64,000 bases of DNA, taken from the NCBI GenBank assembly GCA_964487045.1, contig CAZAOT010000003.1, positions 3,730 to 67,729 of the forward strand. The letters are read 5' to 3'. The first letter of the stretch is position 1. Every line of letters starts with the position of its first letter. Below are positions 18,274 to 25,915 of this stretch, in pieces. The stretch comes from an uncultured Candidatus Saccharibacteria bacterium (lineage in GTDB: Bacteria; Patescibacteriota; UBA1384; DTJR01). Below the pieces are notes generated by a model that searched no databases, was not told where the DNA came from, and worked only from the letters and a program-made list of their open reading frames with translations. The position numbers and the translations under genes were made by a program.

Positions 18274-18631
18274 CTGTCGGAATATTTACTGGTCCTGTTG
18301 AAGCAGGCATGCTACCAGTCATACTACGTTGGACGTATGTTGCTATTCCCATTGCCATAAGCGATATGAGTAATCCAATATAAGCGTAGGTAATGCTTTT
18401 TTTGGCTGAGGTGGCCTTATTTTCATCTCCATAGGCCGTGAAATACTGAAATGATCCGTAGAGAACGAATGCAATTGTTGTGAAAATAGCTGCTGAGATT
18501 AAAAAACTATAAATTCTAGAATTGATATAAGTGGCGAGGGCAGTATAAAGTTGCGACGGCATGTTGTTAATATCACCCTTGGACGCGCCGTCAAGAGCGT
18601 TCGCTAACTGATCTAATCCTTCTGTTGGCAT
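18263..18631 (-). CDS. VirB2/TrbC-like small membrane protein (paralog 3)
   Basis: 122 aa. FTAYGDENKATSAKK motif between two TM helices. Confidence 0.5.
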   Translation of the reverse strand: MPTEGLDQLANALDGASKGDINNMPSQLYTALATYINSRIYSFLISAAIFTTIAFVLYGSFQYFTAYGDENKATSAKKSITYAYIGLLISLMAMGIATYVQRSMTGSMPASTGPVNIPTDGI

Positions 18632-18647
18632 TTCTTCTTTCCTTAGT

Positions 18648-19049
18648 TTATAGATTTGGGAAGGCTGTAAGTGGCGCTGATTGGCTGGCTACAAAGGTAA
18701 CTATTTTGATCCCTAAAAGTACTAGGCTCATAGCTAACATTCCATAAACGGTCCAGGTTAAATTTTTCTTAGCCTGTTCCATTTTTGTTGCATCTCCCAT
18801 GGCGAGAACATACATGCCACCTGAAAAAAGGAGTGAGGCAAAGGCTAGAATGGTCAATATGTAAGGAAGTCTGTCCAAAAATGATTCGGCTGCTACCTGA
18901 AGGGCGGCGTCGGGTGTGACGCCGCTAGCTACTGACATATCTAGCCGTTGAAGATTTTTTCTGGCATTCTCTAAGTCGCTTTGAGCCAAGGCAGTTCCGG
19001 GCAAGAAAACAAGTAGAAATAGGTAGTAAAATTTTTGTAAGGCTTTCAT
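18648..19049 (-). CDS. VirB2/TrbC-like small membrane protein (paralog 2)
   Basis: 133 aa. Signal peptide. LAMGDATKMEQAKK motif. Confidence 0.5.
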   Translation of the reverse strand: MKALQKFYYLFLLVFLPGTALAQSDLENARKNLQRLDMSVASGVTPDAALQVAAESFLDRLPYILTILAFASLLFSGGMYVLAMGDATKMEQAKKNLTWTVYGMLAMSLVLLGIKIVTFVASQSAPLTAFPNL

Positions 19050-19051
19050 GG

Positions 19052-19354
19052 TTAATAAAGAATACTCCTTATAATTGTGGCCGCGCCTACGAGAAGTATA
19101 AGTCCGGTAATTGCGCCAATAATCAACTCTTTCGCTTTACCGGTCTTGGTCGAATCACCGCCAGAGGCGGCGTACATGATCCCAGCGACAAGTATGACTA
19201 TGCCAGCCAGGACACTTCCAAGTGGCAATATCAGACTGTAATACCATCTGCCGACGAGTCCATATAATGCGTCGACGTCAGTGCTTGTCTGCGCGAAGGC
19301 AATTGCGGGAAAAAAAATTGTAGCTACTATGAAAGCTTTGGAAATTTTATTCAC
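19052..19354 (-). CDS. VirB2/TrbC-like small membrane protein (paralog 1)
   Basis: 100 aa. Signal peptide. AASGGDSTKTGKAKE motif. Confidence 0.5.
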   Translation of the reverse strand: MNKISKAFIVATIFFPAIAFAQTSTDVDALYGLVGRWYYSLILPLGSVLAGIVILVAGIMYAASGGDSTKTGKAKELIIGAITGLILLVGAATIIRSILY

Positions 19355-20828
19355 TTTGCCCCCACTTTGTCTTGGCGGCTTGAAGCATGATACTAGTGTC
19401 TTTGGCGGCGCGATCTAAGGCCTCCTTTGGATCAGTCTTTTTATTAGACGCGTTCTCGATCATGGCGATAAATATTTGGTCAATCTCAAGTGCTTTATGC
19501 CCTTTGTACCAAAGATCCCCCCAGGTTTTTTCGGTGGCAAAGGCATCAAACTTAGCATTTCCCTTAGTTTCTTTTAATGCCGAAGGCAGTTGCAAGTGAG
19601 ATAGATAGGGTGATGAGCCCTGCTTGCTGGTTACATATTTGATAAAGTCCCAGGCAGCTTTTTGCCTTGCTTGATTACCTTTAGCGGAAGGAGCAACCTC
19701 AACTTGCATCCTAACCATTGTTTTGAGCTTGCCCGAAGCAACTGGGCTTGATGGGTCTATGATTTGTGGTAGCGGTTGAGCGCTGATTTTTGATTTGAGC
19801 GAAGGTGCTTCCGTCACTAAAAAGCGGTAGAGGTCGGCATAATGAATAATCATTGCAACCTGACCCTGCTCAAATGCTTCTACGTCGTTTGGCATGCTCG
19901 AATTCCAGGTGTACAAAGCGCTCTGGGGATCAGCGAACTGAGTGTAGAAATTTAGCGCTCGAAGACCCGGCATTGAGCTTGAAACTGCCTGACCAACTGA
20001 TTGATTAAATGTGGCCGAGCCCATGTCTTTTGAGGTCATCTCGGTGCCATTTTGAAGCATGATAGCGCTCAAAATGTCGTACGATCTCTCGACGTTCGTG
20101 CCTGTTCCTAGTGCGATTGCGGACTGCGTGATTGAGTCGTCGTCTTTAATCGTTAGGTATGGAACGATATCGGTTAGCTCAGTCCAGGTCTTAGGAGCTG
20201 CAAGAATTTTTTTTGAAATAGACGACACTTCTTCGTCAGTGAGGCTTTTATTTATCCTGTTGGTTTTTTTTAAGTTATCGACTGACTTTTGAAGCAATTC
20301 CTTGTTCATGTACAAAGCAAGTGGATCAAGTGCAATTGGCAGGCCATAGACTTTTTCATTACCGGAGGTGTCCTGTAAAATACAGGATTTACCAACTACA
20401 TCTTCATAAAGTAATCGAACAGAATCGGAAGCGTTTTTGCCGGTATTTTCAGTTTTTTTCTTGCTCGAATTAAATAGTGCATCTGGCGCCGGAGCGAGTT
20501 GCGGGGCATATTTGGGCAGGTCTTCGACATTTATTGAAAAAATATCTGGAGCATTACCGACAGACTGATTCGCAGCTAATGCCTGAATAACGTCCTGCTC
20601 ATAGGTTCGTGGATCTCGAGTTACAATTTCTATTTTTATATTTTTATTCGCGCTAGTATATTGTTTGGCAATCTCTTGGAGTGCTTCCTCTCTGGCGTCA
20701 GACTGGGAGTGCCACCAGTAGAGTGTTGTGGGTCCGGTCGTTGTCTTGGTTCCACCAGAAGAACAGCCGCTCATAAATACGGTTGCGCCGGCAAGTACCA
20801 GAACTGACAATTTTTTAGCTACCTTCAA
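19347..20828 (-). CDS. Lipoprotein, extracellular solute-binding protein family 1 (ABC sugar-binding-like)
   Basis: 493 aa. Lipobox LVLAGATVFMSGC. SBP_bac_1-like length and composition. Confidence 0.65.
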   Translation of the reverse strand: MKVAKKLSVLVLAGATVFMSGCSSGGTKTTTGPTTLYWWHSQSDAREEALQEIAKQYTSANKNIKIEIVTRDPRTYEQDVIQALAANQSVGNAPDIFSINVEDLPKYAPQLAPAPDALFNSSKKKTENTGKNASDSVRLLYEDVVGKSCILQDTSGNEKVYGLPIALDPLALYMNKELLQKSVDNLKKTNRINKSLTDEEVSSISKKILAAPKTWTELTDIVPYLTIKDDDSITQSAIALGTGTNVERSYDILSAIMLQNGTEMTSKDMGSATFNQSVGQAVSSSMPGLRALNFYTQFADPQSALYTWNSSMPNDVEAFEQGQVAMIIHYADLYRFLVTEAPSLKSKISAQPLPQIIDPSSPVASGKLKTMVRMQVEVAPSAKGNQARQKAAWDFIKYVTSKQGSSPYLSHLQLPSALKETKGNAKFDAFATEKTWGDLWYKGHKALEIDQIFIAMIENASNKKTDPKEALDRAAKDTSIMLQAAKTKWGQSE

Positions 20829-20909
20829 GCCCCTCCCATATCAAGCTAATTGGTTAACTACAGACAATTATATCATTTTTTGCAAAACAATTTATTGACC
20901 TACTGGGTG

Positions 20910-22298
20910 TTATTTGTAATCAGCTTTTACAAATTCTCCGCTGAAGAGACCCGTTTTGTTTGAGTAATAAAAATTGTCCGCATTGGCTGTGAATGAACTT
21001 GCTGATTTAAGGCCGGTAATTTCTGCAAAATAATCGAGCGACTTTGTACTGAGATTATATTTGATCGGCCGGCCGTCTGAGACTGCGGCCAGAGTGTTCT
21101 CATCGCTGAATGCTATTAGTTTGTTTGAGACCTTGAAAGGCAAGGCTTGGACTTTTAGATCTTGGCCAACTTGATAGGCGATGCCGTCTGAATCGAGAGC
21201 GACTGCGTACTTTGCGTTTGGTCCCCAGCTGGCGAAGACGAAATTTTTATCTGATTCAACGCGAGCATACTGGCGAAGAGGGATGCTCAAAATTCCTAAT
21301 TGTCCACCGGCAATTAGCACCTTGTCTGGACTTTCACCCCAGTCGAACATTGGATTGGTGAAGCCCTGATCAAATTGCATAATCATATTTGCCTCGCTGT
21401 GGTCGCGATTGGCGAGATAAACATCCCAGCCGTATGAACTAAGAAGGTCATAGATAAGATGAGAATTTGCTTTGGCAAAATATGAACTTTCGGAGTTGTT
21501 CCAGGCGATGGAGTGAATTGCCGAAGCTAGCGGAGGTAATTTAGCCTCGACTTGATTGACTAGATCTGTCTTGGAAAAGTCGACGATCTTAATTGCCTCG
21601 TTATCTAATACGAGGGCAAAGCTATTGTCCTTGGAGATCTTAATGATTTTAGCGGTTGGATAAACACCATTTGTCAGTTTATCGGCTACAGCTTTATTGT
21701 CAGTAAGGTTGACGGCCGAAATTGAAGAGTTTTGGTCCAGGTAAAACAGCAATTTTCCATCTGAGGAGATAATTGGGTATCGGCTTCCGGGGATATTTAG
21801 TGTTGGCGTCTTCTCTTTTTCAAATTTAAAGCTAAGCTTCACCGTTTCGGCCATTCTAAAATTTCTGCTTTGAATATATGAAATATAGCCGTTCTTTTCG
21901 GCAATAATTGTGTGAAAGCCGGGCATAACCTTATAAACACCGGGGTCTATTTCGCGCTGGTCAAGAAGAATTCTGTCCGGTCTTGGATCGGGGTTAATTT
22001 CAAATGTCACTCGGTAAAAAAAGAAATAAAATACTGCTGCAAGTGCTAGGATAACCACCAAGACCCAGACAATTATAGTTAGAAGGGGAGACCTTGGGCG
22101 GCGAATTATTGCCTTTTTGCCAACTGAACCGTCTGGTGGCGGGGGTGGCGCTTGAGGTGGAGCTTTTACCTCTGGCGCGGCGGGCGGCTCTACAGGAGGC
22201 TTAGGGGGAGTAGGTGACTGCGAAGAGGGTTCAGTCTCGACTTTCTCGGGGTTCCCGTTTGCGATCTCTTCGATCGGTTTTATTTCATCATTTGCCAT
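20910..22298 (-). CDS. Bitopic membrane protein: Pro-rich N-terminus, one TM, beta-rich extracytoplasmic domain (possible VirB8/VirB10 analogue)
   Basis: 462 aa. PPKPPVEPPAAPEVKAPPQAPPPPP then TM LLTIIVWVLVVILALAAVFYFFF. Sits directly after VirB4. Confidence 0.4.
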   Translation of the reverse strand: MANDEIKPIEEIANGNPEKVETEPSSQSPTPPKPPVEPPAAPEVKAPPQAPPPPPDGSVGKKAIIRRPRSPLLTIIVWVLVVILALAAVFYFFFYRVTFEINPDPRPDRILLDQREIDPGVYKVMPGFHTIIAEKNGYISYIQSRNFRMAETVKLSFKFEKEKTPTLNIPGSRYPIISSDGKLLFYLDQNSSISAVNLTDNKAVADKLTNGVYPTAKIIKISKDNSFALVLDNEAIKIVDFSKTDLVNQVEAKLPPLASAIHSIAWNNSESSYFAKANSHLIYDLLSSYGWDVYLANRDHSEANMIMQFDQGFTNPMFDWGESPDKVLIAGGQLGILSIPLRQYARVESDKNFVFASWGPNAKYAVALDSDGIAYQVGQDLKVQALPFKVSNKLIAFSDENTLAAVSDGRPIKYNLSTKSLDYFAEITGLKSASSFTANADNFYYSNKTGLFSGEFVKADYK

Positions 22299-22300
22299 TA

Positions 22301-24328
22301 TTATGTTTGGTTTGGATTATTTGTAGGCGTGGCTGCGGGAGGCGCTTGTACTTGTGGGCTTTGTCCTGGTACTTGCGCAGCAGGCGGCTGGATTGGGGCG
22401 GTTGAAGCCGGCGCTCCTTGGGTTTGTGCAGGCTCGATGATGGAAACTTGCGGTTGAGCTTGCGGAGTTGGCGCTGGGGCGGGTGCTGGAGCTGACGGAG
22501 CCTGATCACCCGTAATTGCCTCGCCGGCAACAGCATTTTGAGCATTCTCGGCTTCTTTTTGCGCCAAGAGTTCCTTCGGATCGGTCGTTATAATTTGGTC
22601 CTCAGCGAAGGATGCAATAATTTTTATAGCGACATGAGAAGCTCCAGCAAAGAATAACCCTTCTCCTACGTCGGATTCAAGTAAGATAAATTTTTCTCCT
22701 TCAGTCAGGTGGAAGACTTGGGCTAATTTTTCAACAGCGGCAGGAGACTGCTTGAGCAAGATCTGGATCGAAGAGTTGTTGATAACCGCCCGCCCCTGAT
22801 CAGAATTTAAGAAGTCTTCAACGTCTTGGCTGATGATAGTTAGACCAAGGAAGTATTTTCTAGCTCTTTTGGCAAGAGAATACAGATACTTAGCAGAATC
22901 CGGATATTGCATCAGGATCCAGGCCTCGTCGACGATCAGGATTCTTTTACGCATTTCATTTCTAATTCTCGCCCAGATGTAGTTTAGGATCATATACATG
23001 GCGAGTGGCCTCAGTGCTTCTTCCAGGTTTCTGATTGAAAATACGATAAACCCTCGCTCAAGCTCGAAGTTGGTTGGCTTGTTAAACAAACCGGCGAAAG
23101 TTCCTTCGGTATATTTCATCAAACGCCTGGCTAAGCTCTCCGCTCCCTTGGTGTTTTGCAAAACTCCTTGAAGGTCTGAAAGAAGCGGAGGGGTATTCTG
23201 ATGGGTCGAAGCATCGGCCGTTATGTCTCGAAGGGCATAGGTGTCGTAGACAGCTTTATCCAAAATCGCGTCTTCTTCCGGCGTTACTCCGCCAACCATC
23301 AAAGCAAGCAGGCCTTTGATGTCGGTAATCGCAGTTCGAAGCACAGTCTCTCCGTCTTCGTCCGCTCCCATTCGCGGCAAGTCAAAAGGGTTAACTCGTT
23401 TTTCTGAGTTTAGAGAAAAGTCAAAGAAACTTCCCCCGACAGCTTCGCATAATGCCTGGTATTCGTTTTCAGGGTCGATACAAATAACGTCTGTGCCAAA
23501 CATCAGCGAACGAAGCGCCTCGAGTTTAACCGTATATGACTTTCCCGAACCTGATTTAGCAAATACAACTTCATTGGCGTTCTCTAGATCGAATCTATCA
23601 AAGAGAATCAGCGAGTTGTTGTGTCTGTTGATTCCATAAAATACGCCTTTATTGGAAGTTAGCTCTGCTGAAACAAATGGAAAACTGGTCGAGAGGGAAT
23701 TAGTGTCGAGATTTTTAACTACCGAAAGTTCGTCCTCAGCAATTGGGAGCGTTGAGTGGAAACCTTGTTCTGATTGGAAAATTGCCTGTTTGGTATAGAC
23801 AAGCAAACCACCGAGCGAGCTAATTAAACGTTGCGTTTCGCTATTTAGGTCAACTTGGCTTTTTGCATAAATTGTAAAATAAAGCCCGACCTTAAAAATT
23901 CTCTGTTGCCCACTCATCAAATCGTCTCTGAGCGTATCGATATCACCAATGGCCTGGTCAAGTTGCGGGTTTCTGACCAACCCCTTTTCCTGCTCGATCT
24001 GGCGGCTAGATTCGAGCCTTCCAGCTTGCTTGCGCATCTTGTCTAAGAACAAATTAGAGTCAAGTGGAGCGATATGCATGCCGACATCCATTGTCATATC
24101 TGAGTTGACGACCGGCGAAAGCCAGTTGGAATACAAGAACCGAGGATAAGAGTAAACAAATAAGGTTTTAATAAAAAGATTATTGATCTGAAGGTAGTTC
24201 GGGGTTGTGATGTAACTCGCCGGTGCAATGAAATCAAGCATCGAGTTTGACGATTTCTCGATGTCTCGCTCGGTCTTCTTGGCTTGGCGAGGATCTAATT
24301 GGGGTTGAGCTTGTTTTTGGTCCGGCAT
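22301..24328 (-). CDS. VirB4/TrbE/CagE-family T4SS ATPase, C-terminal ATPase part with Pro/Gln-rich tail
   Basis: 675 aa. Walker A AKSGSGKSYTVK. Walker B ILIVDEAW. Typical VirB4 C-terminal domain. Confidence 0.85.
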   Translation of the reverse strand: MPDQKQAQPQLDPRQAKKTERDIEKSSNSMLDFIAPASYITTPNYLQINNLFIKTLFVYSYPRFLYSNWLSPVVNSDMTMDVGMHIAPLDSNLFLDKMRKQAGRLESSRQIEQEKGLVRNPQLDQAIGDIDTLRDDLMSGQQRIFKVGLYFTIYAKSQVDLNSETQRLISSLGGLLVYTKQAIFQSEQGFHSTLPIAEDELSVVKNLDTNSLSTSFPFVSAELTSNKGVFYGINRHNNSLILFDRFDLENANEVVFAKSGSGKSYTVKLEALRSLMFGTDVICIDPENEYQALCEAVGGSFFDFSLNSEKRVNPFDLPRMGADEDGETVLRTAITDIKGLLALMVGGVTPEEDAILDKAVYDTYALRDITADASTHQNTPPLLSDLQGVLQNTKGAESLARRLMKYTEGTFAGLFNKPTNFELERGFIVFSIRNLEEALRPLAMYMILNYIWARIRNEMRKRILIVDEAWILMQYPDSAKYLYSLAKRARKYFLGLTIISQDVEDFLNSDQGRAVINNSSIQILLKQSPAAVEKLAQVFHLTEGEKFILLESDVGEGLFFAGASHVAIKIIASFAEDQIITTDPKELLAQKEAENAQNAVAGEAITGDQAPSAPAPAPAPTPQAQPQVSIIEPAQTQGAPASTAPIQPPAAQVPGQSPQVQAPPAATPTNNPNQT

Positions 24329-25074
24329 TATTTATTTTGATTAATTGGCACTTGGGTTGTTTGTGGGCCCTGGGTCTCGGCTTGCGGCGCTTGGGCTTGG
24401 GTTAGGGCTGCGGATTCAATTCCAATCGCTTCAACTTCTCCTGAAATTTTCTCTCGCATTGCTTCCTCGGGATTGTAGGTGCGGTAGAAAAGTTCTATCA
24501 GCTGTTTGGTCGTGAGTGTTTGCGAGGTGATCCCCATGCTCATTAGACCAGAAACGACATTACCAGCTCTTTGTTCAAGTTCTCCCTTGATAGTGATAAA
24601 TTTTTTAAGTGGCACCTTAAGGTGAACGCGAGAAGAGCCAAATAGTGTTGAAAGAAACCCTTCTCTAGGCATTTCATTGGGAGGAAGCTGATAGGGAATA
24701 GTGATAAAGAATTTCTTGTCCATAATATTGGCAATTGAAATTAGCTTCTGGATAAAGTCTAAATATTCTTGAATTTGATAGCGAATCAGCTCATTTGGCT
24801 CTTGGGGAATTCTTGCTTCTAAATCTTTTACGTAACCAGTCAGGTCAAGCTGCTTTGAGTGCATAGTGATTTGGATAGGAAAAGATAGAGAGTTTAAAAA
24901 TGCTTGATACTGGGCGATAATGGCATTTTGCTCCTCTTCGCTCTTTAGGCCAAAGTTAAGAGAGTTAACCATCACGACTTGTGCAAAAAGTCCCTTCTTG
25001 GTCACCAGCACATCGTCATAAACCGCTGAAATTGGGATGTGCGCCTGAGTTGATAAGTTTGGATCGATTGCCAT
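24328..25074 (-). CDS. VirB4 N-terminal domain encoded as a separate ORF, coupled by a TAATG overlap
   Basis: 248 aa with the CagE_TrbE_VirB N-domain pattern (IPISAVYDDVLVTKKGLFAQVV...SEEEQNAIIAQYQAFLNSL). Its stop overlaps the ATG of the ATPase ORF by 1 nt. Confidence 0.6.
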   Translation of the reverse strand: MAIDPNLSTQAHIPISAVYDDVLVTKKGLFAQVVMVNSLNFGLKSEEEQNAIIAQYQAFLNSLSFPIQITMHSKQLDLTGYVKDLEARIPQEPNELIRYQIQEYLDFIQKLISIANIMDKKFFITIPYQLPPNEMPREGFLSTLFGSSRVHLKVPLKKFITIKGELEQRAGNVVSGLMSMGITSQTLTTKQLIELFYRTYNPEEAMREKISGEVEAIGIESAALTQAQAPQAETQGPQTTQVPINQNK

Positions 25075-25075
25075 G

Positions 25076-25642
25076 TTATTTAAAAATTCCTAAAAATCCT
25101 TTTTTTGCCTGCGCTGGGGCTGCTTGGCTAAGCTTTTGATTTTGGCTCGCAGTCTTAACATCTTTGACCGAAAGATTAACCGCTTTGGGTTTGGCCTGGG
25201 GGGCGACTGGGGTCTTAGATTGAATTGTGGCGGTTTGTTTCTCGAGTGACTTAGCAAGTGAATCGAGGTCAGCCTCGGTTTTTGCAACTTCTTTCTTCTG
25301 CTGGGCCTCTGCTGGATTTGCCCTGATGACTGCCTCTGGCGTGTATCCCCCGGTCCATTTTCTACTCTTCGGAGAAATCATAAACTTGAAAATATTAAGG
25401 AGAAAATACTCAAACGGACGGTCATTTACTTTTACCATTGCTAGGCAAAGACAGAGTAGCCCTACTGGCAATCCAACTATTGCAAAAATAACCATTGGTG
25501 GTGGCGAGGAAAATTGATTTGAGTAATTCCACCAGCCATAGAGAATAAAACCTCCGACCATCAAGTAAAGGAACTGCTTCATCGTAAAAGGACCGACAAT
25601 TTTGTCTTCTAGGTCTATATTTTGTGGAACCTTATATTGCAT
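25076..25642 (-). CDS. PrgI/VirB3-like small membrane protein upstream of VirB4
   Basis: 188 aa. Two TM helices near the N-terminus and a Lys/Ala/Gln-rich tail. Position and size typical of Gram-positive T4SS PrgI/VirB3. Confidence 0.5.
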   Translation of the reverse strand: MQYKVPQNIDLEDKIVGPFTMKQFLYLMVGGFILYGWWNYSNQFSSPPPMVIFAIVGLPVGLLCLCLAMVKVNDRPFEYFLLNIFKFMISPKSRKWTGGYTPEAVIRANPAEAQQKKEVAKTEADLDSLAKSLEKQTATIQSKTPVAPQAKPKAVNLSVKDVKTASQNQKLSQAAPAQAKKGFLGIFK

Positions 25643-25644
25643 AA

Positions 25645-25785
25645 TTAAACCAACTCCGCCATTGACCGAACTCGTCTCGCCCTCTCACTCTGCGATCCCT
25701 GTGATAACAGAGTGTAACTCGTTTCACGGGAAGCAGTAGTGACGGGGTCTTCTAAATCAATATTTTGCGGTACTTTGTACTGCAT
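25645..25785 (-). CDS. 47-codon upstream ORF whose first 13 residues (MQYKVPQNIDLED) duplicate the PrgI-like N-terminus with synonymous recoding
   Basis: ATG at 25785-25783 and stop at 25647-25645, 2 nt before the PrgI-like ATG. Eight of 13 duplicated codons differ synonymously. Promoter with extended -10 TGcTATAAT upstream (minus strand, about 25830-25870). Confidence 0.3.
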   Translation of the reverse strand: MQYKVPQNIDLEDPVTTASRETSYTLLSQGSQSERARRVRSMAELV

Positions 25786-25915
25786 CTTGAGCGCTTGCCC
25801 CTATCCTTAAAATTCCCTCTTTGCTGTAAGACTTGACCTAGAATTAATTATAGCACACCAAAATAATTGCCTACATTGCCAATTATTCTTAGTGCTTATA
25901 TTTACGGTAAAGTAA

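Noticed and set aside
22288-22545. 85-aa ORF overlapping the VirB4 C-terminal tail
   Set aside because: Lies in a different frame over the Pro/Gln-rich repeat region of VirB4. A repeat-induced shadow ORF.
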